DNA of 35,131 nucleotides. Source: an uncultured Clostridium sp. (GTDB lineage Bacteria > Bacillota_I > Bacilli_A > RF39 > UBA660). Made by a program: the position numbers and the translations under genes. The notes beneath the pieces were generated by a model. The model did not search any database, was not told the DNA's origin, and saw only the letters and a list, made by a program, of their open reading frames with translations. Positions 1 through 8,540 of the stretch are shown piece by piece; position 1 is the stretch's first letter; each line of letters starts with the position of its first letter. Where the stretch lies: NCBI GenBank assembly GCA_964652515.1, contig CAZZAK010000001.1:1-35131 (forward strand), in the 5' to 3' direction.

Positions 1-1310
1 ATGCGTCTATTCTTGATATAGAAAGAGGTATATTTGGATTTAAGGAAGAAGTTAAAGTAGTTGATGAAAATAATCTTTTAGAAGAAGATGATAGTCTATT
101 TGATTATGGATATAATGTTTTGGATATAGAATTACCAGATAATAGTATAAGTAATTATATTAAAAATACTTCTGGTACTAAGAAGAATAAGTATACAGGA
201 ATGTTTAATAATTATAATTTAATTTATATAGTAGCTGAGAGTTTTAGTGAATTAGCGGTATCTGAAAAATTAACTCCGACATTATATAAGCTTGTTAATA
301 ATGGATTTGTATTTGAGAATTTTTATAGTTCTAATAATGCTAGTACTATTGGAGGAGAATTTGGTGCTTTAACTGGATTATATGCTGATATGTCTATATT
401 ATCTAGATGGAGAAGTGGTAATAATTATTATCCATATGGAATTGGTAATGTATTTAAGAATTTAAATTATAGTACTTTTGCTTATCATAATAATAGTTAT
501 TTGTTTCAAGATAGAAATATTTACTTAAAGAGTCAAGGATTTGATAATTTTAAGGGTTGTTATAATGGTATGGAAAAATTAATCAATTGTAATATATGGC
601 CACAATCAGATGTAGAAATGATAGATGCCACGGTATCTGATTATATCAATAGGGATAGATTTATGGTTTATTATATGACAGTATCAGGACACTTCTATTA
701 TGGCTTTTCTGAAAATGCTATGGCTGTTAAGAATCGATCCTTGGTAAATGATTTACCGTATTCAGAAAATGTTAGAGGATATATAGCTACACAAATAGAA
801 TTAGATAAATCTTTAGAATTACTTCTTAAAAAGCTAGATGAAGCTAATAAACTAGATAATACAGTTATTGTATTGGTAGCTGATCATTATCCATATAATT
901 TAACGTTAAATGAGGTTAATGAAATGTCATCTTATCAGAGAGATAGTGTGGTGGGAGTTAATAAAAATAACTTAATTATCTATAATAGTAAGATGAAGAA
1001 AGTTAATGTTTCTAAGGTTGGTATGCCTACTGATATTATTCCAACAGTTTATAATTTATTTGGAATAGATTATGATTCTAGATTATTTATGGGAAGTGAT
1101 TTACTTAGTGATTCTTTAGGTCTAGCTTATTTTACTAATTCTTCTTGGGTTACTGATAAGGGTATTTATTATGCGTCAAGTGGAGAATTTAAGGGTGAAG
1201 ATGTTTCTTCAGATTATATAAGTAATATAAATTCTATAGTTAGTAATAAAAGATCTATTAGCAGACAGATAATAAATAATAATTATTATAATCAGATAAA
1301 ATTCAAATAA
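1..1310 (+). CDS. LtaS-like sulfatase-family (alkaline-phosphatase superfamily) extracytoplasmic enzyme, 5' end outside the window
   Basis: The frame is open from nt 3, so the TTG at 120 in the ORF track is an internal codon. Segments YYMTVSGHFYY and VLVADHYPY resemble the conserved His/Asp segments of LTA-synthase / phosphoglycerol-transferase sulfatase domains. Stop TAA at 1308-1310 is followed by a hairpin. Confidence 0.6.
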   Translation, partial: ASILDIERGIFGFKEEVKVVDENNLLEEDDSLFDYGYNVLDIELPDNSISNYIKNTSGTKKNKYTGMFNNYNLIYIVAESFSELAVSEKLTPTLYKLVNNGFVFENFYSSNNASTIGGEFGALTGLYADMSILSRWRSGNNYYPYGIGNVFKNLNYSTFAYHNNSYLFQDRNIYLKSQGFDNFKGCYNGMEKLINCNIWPQSDVEMIDATVSDYINRDRFMVYYMTVSGHFYYGFSENAMAVKNRSLVNDLPYSENVRGYIATQIELDKSLELLLKKLDEANKLDNTVIVLVADHYPYNLTLNEVNEMSSYQRDSVVGVNKNNLIIYNSKMKKVNVSKVGMPTDIIPTVYNLFGIDYDSRLFMGSDLLSDSLGLAYFTNSSWVTDKGIYYASSGEFKGEDVSSDYISNINSIVSNKRSISRQIINNNYYNQIKFK

Positions 1311-1334
1311 AAAAGATGCTTATGCATCTTTTTC
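1311..1334. terminator. Bidirectional rho-independent terminator between convergent genes
   Basis: AAAGATGC (1312-1319), loop TTAT, GCATCTTT (1324-1331). An A-run lies upstream and a T-run downstream. It overlaps the last codons of rpmB. Confidence 0.55.
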
Positions 1335-1505
1335 TTTTGCGTTCTTTTTTAGTGATCTAGCTTCTCTAGCACTTGTTTTAATTTTGATACCATTTTCTAA
1401 AGTTATAGTTTGCAAATTAACTTTTTGAGCTCTTTTTGTTATTTTTAAACAATTTGGTCTATTGTTAACTTTTCTAGTTTTTTTAGTAGTTACTTTAACT
1501 GCCAT
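1320..1505 (-). CDS. rpmB: 50S ribosomal protein L28
   Basis: MAVKVTTKKTRKVNNRPNCLKITKRAQKVNLQ...KTSAREARSLKK follows the L28 pattern (N-R...T-K-R...N-L-Q...S-A-R-A-x-x-S-x-K). The ATG at 1505-1503 is preceded at 5 nt by GAGGAGGG (rc of 1511-1518). The longer ORF-track start at 1526 has no RBS. Confidence 0.8.
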   Translation of the reverse strand: MAVKVTTKKTRKVNNRPNCLKITKRAQKVNLQTITLENGIKIKTSAREARSLKKNAKEKDA

Positions 1506-1560
1506 GTTATCCCTCCTCAAATTCAATGATTAGTTTACTATAAAAAAATGTTTATGTCAA

Positions 1561-2259
1561 TTATTTTATTTGTTTATTCTTTAAAAATTCTCTTAATATT
1601 TTAGTAGTAGCCCTTTTTTCTAATCTGGATACATAGCTTCTAGATATATGGAGTCTTTTAGCTATTTCTTTTTGTGTTTCTTCTTCACAGTTATCTAGTC
1701 CATATCTGGCATTTATTATTTCTCTTTCTCTATCTGTTAATACATTAAGATATTTCTTTAATAGTTCTATATTATCATTCTTGGTTATTTCTTCGACAAA
1801 GTCAGTATCTTTGGTTTTTAAGATATCTAAAATAGTTACTTTATTGCCTTCTTTATCAAATGATATCTCTTCATATAGGCTAACATTTTTACTATTCTTT
1901 TTATCTTGTCTAAAGTACATTAGTATTTCGTTTTCGGCACATTTTGCTGCATATGTAGCTAATTTTACTTTTTTGTTTGGCTTATATGTATCAATTCCTT
2001 TAATTAAGCCGATAGTTCCTATACCTATTAAATCATCTACATCATAGTTTGTTGTTTCAAACTTTTTTACGATATGGGCTACTAATCTTAGATTATGAAG
2101 TATAAGTTCACTTCTAGCATTTTTATCTCCTTCTAAATTTCTTTTTATATATTCATCTTCAATGTCTTTAGGTAATTGTTCTGGAAATACTTCGTTGGAA
2201 TAAGCCCCGGTAAAGAAAGTTAAGTTATTGGCTATGTAACTTAAGATATTTAATAACAT
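1561..2259 (-). CDS. sigK: Sporulation sigma factor, pro-sigma-K type (uninterrupted)
   Basis: HNLRLVAHIVKKFE, DDLIGIGTIGLIKGID, KLATYAAKCAENEILMYFR, DKEGN and TQKEIAKRLHISRSYVSRLEKRA are near-identical to B. subtilis SigK regions 2-4. The N-terminal hydrophobic pro-sequence ends in AYSNEVFPEQL (cf. YVKNNAFPQPL of pro-sigma-K). Confidence 0.85.
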   Translation of the reverse strand: MLLNILSYIANNLTFFTGAYSNEVFPEQLPKDIEDEYIKRNLEGDKNARSELILHNLRLVAHIVKKFETTNYDVDDLIGIGTIGLIKGIDTYKPNKKVKLATYAAKCAENEILMYFRQDKKNSKNVSLYEEISFDKEGNKVTILDILKTKDTDFVEEITKNDNIELLKKYLNVLTDREREIINARYGLDNCEEETQKEIAKRLHISRSYVSRLEKRATTKILREFLKNKQIK

Positions 2260-2299
2260 TTTATCACCTAATTAATTATATATATTTAATGATAAAAAA

Positions 2300-2329
2300 T
2301 TGACAAAATGTGTTTATAAAATATATAAT
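2300..2329 (+). promoter_or_regulatory. Candidate sigma-A promoter for 2348-3202
   Basis: TTGACA (2300-2305), 18-nt spacer, TATAAT (2324-2329). The leader would be very short, since RBS GGGTG lies at 2336-2340. Confidence 0.4.
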
Positions 2330-2347
2330 TGATATTGGGTGTTTTAG

Positions 2348-3202
2348 ATGATATTAAGTGAAGCTGATAAAGAGAAAGAAAGAAATCGTATTTATAATGA
2401 GTTAAGATTTAAATCTCCTTCTGATGAAAATTTTAGAAGAGTTAAAATTGACAAGGATATTTTAGAAGAATTATTGTTTTTAAAAATAGAATATGCTGAT
2501 GGTGAATTTTTGAAATTACCTGTATGGGGTGGCAAAATTTTGGAGAATATTGATTTATCTGAAATTCAGTTCGATGATGTTTCTTTTTCTTTATCATATG
2601 ATTTATGTAATGGTATTAAAAATGAAGAATTTAAAGATATTTATGATTTGATCTTACGGAAGATACCTATAAATAATCTTTATCATATGATATATTATGG
2701 TAATACCAATGCACATATTGATTTTAAAAAAACGTTTGAATTTAAAAAAACTGGTAAGGTTATAGTTCATGGTGTTAATTTAAGCAAAACTGATTTGTCT
2801 AATAATGATATTGATTGTGACTTTGATATTGTTCATGGATATTTTTGTGATACTAAAATGAGAATATCAAGGTTAGAAGGAAACTCAAGAGCTTTTTTCT
2901 GCGATTTTACTGGTATTGATTTGTCTATGCATACTATGGATATTAGTGATTATTTACTTAAAAAATTTCCTTTATATGGTTCTTCAATAAGATATACCGA
3001 TATTAACTTTATTGGTTTATCTAAAAAGATGGATAGTGAGCTTTTATCTGCATTTTTAGATGAATATAGTAGAGGTGAGTTTGATGGTTGTAATATTAAT
3101 GGTGTGTTAATTAAATCTGAATGCGATTTGAGAAATCAAAAATATGCTTTGAGAAAAAAATATTTTCCTATGGATGTGGTGTGGAAATATTATGAAGTAT
3201 AA
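2348..3202 (+). CDS. Hypothetical cytoplasmic protein, possibly pentapeptide-repeat-like
   Basis: RBS GGGTG 7 nt upstream of the ATG. There is no signal peptide. Loose A(D/N)LXX-like stretches occur (ENIDLSEIQFDDVSF, GVNLSKTDLSNNDID, FTGIDLSMHTMDIS). I recognise no family with confidence. Confidence 0.5.
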   Translation: MILSEADKEKERNRIYNELRFKSPSDENFRRVKIDKDILEELLFLKIEYADGEFLKLPVWGGKILENIDLSEIQFDDVSFSLSYDLCNGIKNEEFKDIYDLILRKIPINNLYHMIYYGNTNAHIDFKKTFEFKKTGKVIVHGVNLSKTDLSNNDIDCDFDIVHGYFCDTKMRISRLEGNSRAFFCDFTGIDLSMHTMDISDYLLKKFPLYGSSIRYTDINFIGLSKKMDSELLSAFLDEYSRGEFDGCNINGVLIKSECDLRNQKYALRKKYFPMDVVWKYYEV

Positions 3203-3272
3203 TGGGTAAAAATGCTTTTTTATTTTACAATATAGATAAAATACTATATAATTTATATGAGAGGTGATAATT

Positions 3273-4253
3273 GTGAAAACAATGTTAACTGGTTTAAAGC
3301 CTACTGGTCATTTGACTTTAGGTAATTATATTGGAGCTATATCTCAGATGGTTAAATATCAGGATATGTATGATAGTTATCTTTTTGTGGCTGATCTTCA
3401 TGCTATTACTGTTCCTAATGATAGTTTAGAATTACATAAAAATATAAGAGAATTTTTGGCTTTATATATAGCTTGTGGTATTGATCCCTCTAAGAATACT
3501 ATATATTTACAATCTGATATTGAATATCTTCCATGTATATCATGGATACTTGAATGTAATACGTATTATGGTGAATTATCTAGGATGATTCAATTTAAAG
3601 AAAAGAGCAAGGGAAAAGATAATTTTTCTTCAGGATTATTAACGTATCCAGTATTAATGGCTACAGATATTTTGGCGGTTGATTCTGATATAGTTCCGGT
3701 TGGTATAGATCAAAAGCAGCATGTTGAATTAACTCGTGATATTGCAATTAGATTTAATAATAAATATGGTAAAACTTTTAATATACCTGAGCCATTAACG
3801 GCCACTAATGGTACAAAGATTAATGATTTGGTTAATCCTTTAAAAAAAATGAGTAAGACGGAAGAGAATCCTCGCGGGGTTATAGGACTTTTAGATGATG
3901 AAACTACTGTTACTAAGAAGATTATGTCTGCTACTACTGATTCTGAATGTTTAGTTAAATATGATCCTGAGAATAAACCTGGTATATCTAATTTAATTAA
4001 TATATGTGTATCTTTAACTGATAAGTCTATCAGTGATATAGAAGAAATGTTTAAAAACAAGAATTATGGTGAATTCAAAAAATATGTAGCAAGCGTTGTT
4101 AATGATAATTTATCTAAGATACAGAAGAGATATTATGAATTATTGGATAGTGATGAAATAGATAGAATATTAGAGAATGGCGCTAAAAAAGTTAGAGAAA
4201 AGGCAAAAGCTAAATATATGGAATTAAGAGAGAAAATGGGGCTATATAAATAA
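3273..4253 (+). CDS. trpS: Tryptophan--tRNA ligase
   Basis: Class I aaRS motifs are present: GLKPTGHLTLGNYIGA (HIGH-type) and KKMSKT (KMSKS). Also FVADLHAIT and GIDQKQHVELTRDIA. GTG at 3273 sits 5 nt after GAGGTGA and gives the typical MKT..TG..PTG N-terminus. The ORF-track start 3264 lies inside the RBS. Confidence 0.9.
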   Translation: MKTMLTGLKPTGHLTLGNYIGAISQMVKYQDMYDSYLFVADLHAITVPNDSLELHKNIREFLALYIACGIDPSKNTIYLQSDIEYLPCISWILECNTYYGELSRMIQFKEKSKGKDNFSSGLLTYPVLMATDILAVDSDIVPVGIDQKQHVELTRDIAIRFNNKYGKTFNIPEPLTATNGTKINDLVNPLKKMSKTEENPRGVIGLLDDETTVTKKIMSATTDSECLVKYDPENKPGISNLINICVSLTDKSISDIEEMFKNKNYGEFKKYVASVVNDNLSKIQKRYYELLDSDEIDRILENGAKKVREKAKAKYMELREKMGLYK

Positions 4254-4780
4254 TGGATATAGATATGTTTATACCAGATATGTATCAAAAAAGTATTTAT
4301 CATATTAATTATGATAAATTATATGAGGATGGTATTAGGTGTTTATTATTTGATTTAGATAATACGATAGTTCCTTACGGAGAATTAGAGCCATCAAAGA
4401 AGCTTATTGATTTTATTGAAGACCTTAAAGATATGGGATTCAGAATTATTATATTTGATGATGCTAGTAAGAAAAGATTATTGCCTTTTAAAAAAGCTTT
4501 AAATGTTGATTGTGCATATAATGCTAAAAAACCTAGTATGGATAAGTTTAATAAAGTTATTAATGGTTTTAAATTAGATTTGCCTGAATTAGCTATTATT
4601 GGTGATGAACTTAGAAGTGATATTTTTGGTGGTAATAGAATAGGTATAAAGACTATATTAGTTAATCCGATATCTACCGGTGATTCTTTTAAGACTAAAT
4701 TTTATAGAAGATTTGAAAAGAAAATACTTGCTAAACTTAATAAAAGAGGAATATTAATTAAGGGTAAATATTATGAATAA
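4253..4780 (+). CDS. yqeG: YqeG-family HAD-IIIA phosphatase
   Basis: HAD motif I is LLFDLDNTIV and the C-terminal motif is IIGDELRSDIFGGNRIG. The conserved yqeG-yqeH gene order holds, and the ATG overlaps the trpS stop. Confidence 0.8.
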   Translation: MDIDMFIPDMYQKSIYHINYDKLYEDGIRCLLFDLDNTIVPYGELEPSKKLIDFIEDLKDMGFRIIIFDDASKKRLLPFKKALNVDCAYNAKKPSMDKFNKVINGFKLDLPELAIIGDELRSDIFGGNRIGIKTILVNPISTGDSFKTKFYRRFEKKILAKLNKRGILIKGKYYE

Positions 4781-5750
4781 AAAGTGTTTAGGGTGTGGAA
4801 TTGAATTACAAAATACTAATCCTGATAATGATGGCTATGTAGAAGATCTGGGGAAAAATATTTGTCGTAGATGTTTTCTTATTAAGAATTATAGTGAATA
4901 TACTATTACTGATAAGAATAATACCCAATATATGAAAATATTTGATAAGATTAATGATAATGATTTAGTTATCTATGTATCTAGTATTCTTACTTTGAAT
5001 TTAGATTATATTAATAAATTTAAGAATATATTGTTAGTTATTACTAAAAGGGATATTATGCCTAAATCAATAAAGGACGATAAAATTAAGAAATATGTTT
5101 TAGATAGGTATAAAAATATTTTGGATATAGAAATTATTAGTAGTTATAAGAATTATAATTTAGATAATTTGTATGATAAGATAAAGAAATATGGTAATAA
5201 TAAAAAAATATATTTTGTTGGAACTACTAACAGCGGTAAAAGTACTTTGATTAATACTTTACTTAAGGATTATAGTAATTCTAGTTTAGATATAACAACT
5301 AGTTTATATCCTTCAACAACATTGGATATTATTCCTATTAATTTTAATAATTTAGAATTATATGATACTCCTGGTATTTTAATAAATAATAGTATTATCA
5401 ATTATATAGATTCTAAGTTATTGAAGAAAGTTAATAATAGGAAAGAAATTAAGCCTAGAACTTATCAAGTTAGTGGTAAGGGTAGTTTGTTACTTGAAAA
5501 TATGATTAGAATAGATTATGAAGCGGTGGAGTCTAGCATGACAGTTTATGTTTCTAATAATATTCTTCTTAGACACAATAGTTTATCTAACAATATATTA
5601 TTAGATGGTTGTAAGTATGAATTCAATGATGTTAAAAATGAAGATATTGTTATTGAGGATCTTGGATTTATAAAAATAACTAACAATATTAATATAAAAA
5701 TATATTCTAAATGTGATGTTTGCTTATTTAAAAGAGACAATTTAATTTAA
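4773..5750 (+). CDS. yqeH: Ribosome-biogenesis GTPase YqeH (circularly permuted GTPase)
   Basis: N-terminal zinc knuckle CLGCG...CRRC. Permuted G-motif order: TKRD (G4), GTTNSGKST (G1), DTPG (G3). It overlaps the yqeG stop by 8 nt. Confidence 0.85.
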   Translation: MNKKCLGCGIELQNTNPDNDGYVEDLGKNICRRCFLIKNYSEYTITDKNNTQYMKIFDKINDNDLVIYVSSILTLNLDYINKFKNILLVITKRDIMPKSIKDDKIKKYVLDRYKNILDIEIISSYKNYNLDNLYDKIKKYGNNKKIYFVGTTNSGKSTLINTLLKDYSNSSLDITTSLYPSTTLDIIPINFNNLELYDTPGILINNSIINYIDSKLLKKVNNRKEIKPRTYQVSGKGSLLLENMIRIDYEAVESSMTVYVSNNILLRHNSLSNNILLDGCKYEFNDVKNEDIVIEDLGFIKITNNINIKIYSKCDVCLFKRDNLI

Positions 5751-5799
5751 AAACTGTATCTTTTGAATTGTAATTGTATATTGTTAAATTTATTTGTAT

Positions 5800-5833
5800 G
5801 ATATGAATAATAAGTTTTCATATCTTTTTTTTT
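5800..5833 (+). terminator. Rho-independent terminator after yqeH
   Basis: GATATGAA (5800-5807), 9-nt loop, TTCATATC (5817-5824), then a run of nine T. Confidence 0.6.
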
Positions 5834-5865
5834 AATAATGTGATATACTTTATTATGGTGATAGT

Positions 5866-6792
5866 ATGCAAAAAGATTTCAAAACTATTGACCAACAGAT
5901 AGATATATTAAAGAATAAAGGGTTAATAATTGATGATTATGACAAAGCTAGTGAAATACTTTTGAAGGAAAATTACTTTTTCATTAATGGTTATAGATAT
6001 TTGTTTATGAATTCAAATGATGATAGATCATTTATTAGGGGTACTACTTTTAATGAACTATATTCTTTGTTTTTATTTGATAGATATATTAGAAATATAT
6101 TGTTTAAGAATTTGCTTATATTTGAAAACAATTTTAAATCAGTTATTTCTTATCAATTGTCTAAGAAGTATGGTTATAAGGAAAAAGATTATTTGAATGT
6201 TAAAAACTTTACTGGGGATCCTTCTAAGAAGAGAAGAGTAAAAGATGTTATTGAAAAGATGAAAAGACAAATTAGAATTAATGTATCTAGACATTCTGCT
6301 ACATTACATTATTCTAGAAGTTATGGGTATATTCCGTTATGGATTTTGGTTAAAGTTCTGTCATTTGGCTTGATGTGTGAGTTATTTTCTATATTAAAAA
6401 ATCAAGATAAGGATGAAGTATCATCAGTATTCCATTTGACGATTGAAGAACTTGAAAATTTCTTACCAATATTATCTAATTATCGTAATTTATGTGCTCA
6501 TGAAGATATTGTTTTTGATCATAAAACTGAAAAATACATTGTTGATACAGAATATCACGAGAAACTTAAGATATTTAAAATGGATGATGAGTATATTTAT
6601 GGTAAGAATGATTTGTTTGCGGTTGTTATAATATTTAAGTATCTTCTTACAGATAGTGACTTTAGATTGTTTATGAAGGAATTTGAGTATGAGATTGAGG
6701 CTATGGATGGAAGAATAGAGGCTATTCCAAATAGTAAGATATTAGATCATATGGGATTTCCTAAAAATTATATGGATATTGTAGATTTATAG
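5866..6792 (+). CDS. Abi_2 family (AbiD/AbiF-like) abortive-infection protein
   Basis: The N-terminus KTIDQQIDILKNKGLIIDDYDKASEILLKENYFFINGYRYLF and the segment LSNYRNLCAHED are the hallmark segments of Abi-like (Abi_2) proteins. A possible extended -10, TGATATACT, lies at 5841-5849. Confidence 0.75.
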   Translation: MQKDFKTIDQQIDILKNKGLIIDDYDKASEILLKENYFFINGYRYLFMNSNDDRSFIRGTTFNELYSLFLFDRYIRNILFKNLLIFENNFKSVISYQLSKKYGYKEKDYLNVKNFTGDPSKKRRVKDVIEKMKRQIRINVSRHSATLHYSRSYGYIPLWILVKVLSFGLMCELFSILKNQDKDEVSSVFHLTIEELENFLPILSNYRNLCAHEDIVFDHKTEKYIVDTEYHEKLKIFKMDDEYIYGKNDLFAVVIIFKYLLTDSDFRLFMKEFEYEIEAMDGRIEAIPNSKILDHMGFPKNYMDIVDL

Positions 6793-6802
6793 AGGTGATA
6801 TT

Positions 6803-7897
6803 ATGAAAAATAAAAATAATTTGGGAGTGGTAATAATTGTTTCAATATTATTATCATTTGTTTGTGGGGTAATTGGTGCTTATTTGGTTGTTAATTCAAT
6901 GTCTACTAGCAACAAGGTTATAAAAAACATAACTACTTCTGAACTTGTAGAAAATAGTATAGCTAGTTCTGTGGATAATGTATACGGGGCTACTGTTGCT
7001 GTTATGTCTTATAATAATGATAATTTGAAGTCTACTGGTACGGGTTTTCTTTATAAGAAGGATTCAAATAAATACTATATTATGACAAATTATCATGTGA
7101 TTGATGGAGCTGATAAAGTTAAAGTATCTTTTAATGATAGTGATGAAAAAATAGATGCTACTATTTTAGGAGGGGAAGCTTATTCTGATATTGCTGTATT
7201 AACAATTAGTTCAAAAGATGATCATTTGGTTGTGGAAATTGGTGATAGTGAATCTATTAGACTTGGCGATACGATCTTTACTGTGGGTAATCCTATGGGT
7301 ATTGAATATAAGGGAACTGTTACTAAGGGGATACTATCAGGTAAGGAAAGATTAGTAGAAGTTAGTTTATCAGGTTCTGTATCTGACTATTATATGAAAG
7401 TATTGCAAATAGATGCGGCAGTTAATCCTGGCAATTCAGGTGGACCATTATGTGATGTTAGCGGTAAGGTTATTGGTATAATATCACTTAAGATTGTACA
7501 AGATTCTATTGAGGGAATGGGATTTGCTATTCCTATTGAAGATGCATTATCTTATGTTTCTAAAATAGAAAAAGGTGAAAAAATAGTTAGACCTTTTGTT
7601 GGCGTTAGTATGTTAGATTTATCTGATGAATATAATTTATGGAGATATCGTATAACATTACCAGATGATGTTAATGATGGCGTTGCTGTTTTAGAAGTTT
7701 CTTCTGATAGTCCTGCAGCAAAAGCTGGACTTAAGAAGGGTGATATAATTGTTAAAATCAATGATAATAAAGTTTCATCGATAGCTGAATTTAGATATGA
7801 ATTATATAAACATGAAGTAGGAGAAAAGATAGAATTAACAATATATCGTGATAATAAGAAACAAAAATTAACTGTTACTCTTGGTAAGAGTGAATAG
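6803..7897 (+). CDS. htrA: HtrA/DegP-family membrane-anchored serine protease with C-terminal PDZ domain
   Basis: N-terminal TM helix. Catalytic triad contexts are TNYHVI (His), SDIAVL (Asp) and GNSGGPL (Ser). PDZ-like segment: GVAVLEVSSDSPAAKAGLKKGDIIVKIN. Only 10 nt separate it from the abi gene, with RBS GAGGTGA. Confidence 0.9.
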   Translation: MKNKNNLGVVIIVSILLSFVCGVIGAYLVVNSMSTSNKVIKNITTSELVENSIASSVDNVYGATVAVMSYNNDNLKSTGTGFLYKKDSNKYYIMTNYHVIDGADKVKVSFNDSDEKIDATILGGEAYSDIAVLTISSKDDHLVVEIGDSESIRLGDTIFTVGNPMGIEYKGTVTKGILSGKERLVEVSLSGSVSDYYMKVLQIDAAVNPGNSGGPLCDVSGKVIGIISLKIVQDSIEGMGFAIPIEDALSYVSKIEKGEKIVRPFVGVSMLDLSDEYNLWRYRITLPDDVNDGVAVLEVSSDSPAAKAGLKKGDIIVKINDNKVSSIAEFRYELYKHEVGEKIELTIYRDNKKQKLTVTLGKSE

Positions 7898-7923
7898 CAC
7901 TAATTAAAATAGTGCTTTTTCTT
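7896..7923 (+). terminator. Rho-independent terminator after htrA
   Basis: AGCACTA (7896-7902), loop ATTAAAA, TAGTGCT (7910-7916), then a T-run. Confidence 0.6.
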
Positions 7924-8005
7924 TGAAAAAAATATAATAAATAACTTTCAAAAATTGACATATTATGATAAAATGATTATGTATATAGTAGAAGGAGAGA
8001 TGTAT

Positions 8006-8539
8006 ATGAAAAAAATTGGGAGTTTTATTTGGAATATAATTGTTATTGCTTGGCTTATAGTGGCGATTTTTGTCACAGTTTGTCTTCTTTCTTATAATGA
8101 TTATAGAGTTATTAAATTTGGTAATAGTTCTTTACTTATTATGGATAGTGATGAATTAGAACCAGATTTTCATGAAGGAGATTTATTAATTGTAAAGCGT
8201 AACAGTAATAAGATGATTAATGTTAATGATAAGGTATTTTATTATAATACTGCTAAAGATAGTAATACTTTAATATATACAGGTACTGTTAATGGTAAGA
8301 GGGAAATTACTAAATCAGAAACAACCTTTGATGTTGATGGACAAAAGGTGTCTTCTGAACATGTTATTGGTAAGTTTGATACTGCTAAAGTATTTCATAA
8401 TTTTGGTACTATTCTTGGAGTATTTACTTCTAAATGGGGATTTATGTTTTTAGTTATATTCCCTACATTGTTTGCTATTATTTATGAAATAATAGCTATA
8501 TTTGATGCTATAAAAGAATCAAAAAGAGAAAACGCTTAA
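8006..8539 (+). CDS. SipW-like signal peptidase paralog lacking all catalytic residues (pseudo-peptidase), two terminal TM helices
   Basis: The topology and the ELEPDFHEGDLLIVK segment align with SGSMEPxFxxGDxxxVK of SipW-type peptidases, but the nucleophile Ser is Glu. THR(I/V) is replaced by YTG, and the GDNN box is absent. The ATG at 8006 follows GAAGGAGAG. The longer ORF-track start at 7955 is the TTG of a TTGACA box. Confidence 0.6.
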   Translation: MKKIGSFIWNIIVIAWLIVAIFVTVCLLSYNDYRVIKFGNSSLLIMDSDELEPDFHEGDLLIVKRNSNKMINVNDKVFYYNTAKDSNTLIYTGTVNGKREITKSETTFDVDGQKVSSEHVIGKFDTAKVFHNFGTILGVFTSKWGFMFLVIFPTLFAIIYEIIAIFDAIKESKRENA

Positions 8540-8540
8540 T

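Noticed and set aside
1506-1526. N-terminal extension of rpmB (MNLRRDN...) as given in the ORF track.
   Set aside because: The extension would include the GAGGAGGG Shine-Dalgarno sequence itself. L28 proteins start at the MA(K/R/V) position.
1781-2047. ORF-track entries that lie inside, and antisense to or in an alternative frame of, larger well-supported genes. Outside the giant gene: 1781-2047, 3710-4060, 5546-5740, 6443-6631, 7552-7761, 9403-9618, 10848-11051, 11129-11446, 13483-13680, 17261-17443, 27920-28141, 29619-29828, 30182-30406, 30859-31146, 33599-33934, 34345-34575. Inside the giant gene: 19978-20199, 20607-20846, 20635-20865, 21394-21591, 21994-22203, 22701-22889, 23009-23260, 24518-24754, 25343-25528, 25614-25910.
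   Set aside because: All have low-complexity, Ile/Leu/Phe/Ser-rich translations typical of spurious frames in AT-rich DNA. They have no RBS and are fully overlapped by genes with clear family motifs.
3203-3272. Possible T-box riboswitch leader upstream of trpS, which is common in Firmicutes.
   Set aside because: The intergenic gap is only about 60-70 nt, far too short for a T-box leader (about 200-300 nt). I saw no specifier or terminator-antiterminator structure.
7955-8005. Longer start (TTG 7955) for the dead-SipW gene, and TTGACA 7955-7960 as a clean sigma-A promoter.
   Set aside because: The TTG is the -35-like hexamer itself. The best -10 at 17-nt spacing is only TATGTA, and the extended TGATAAAAT is too close (8 nt). 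An operon promoter probably lies here, but I cannot define it confidently.
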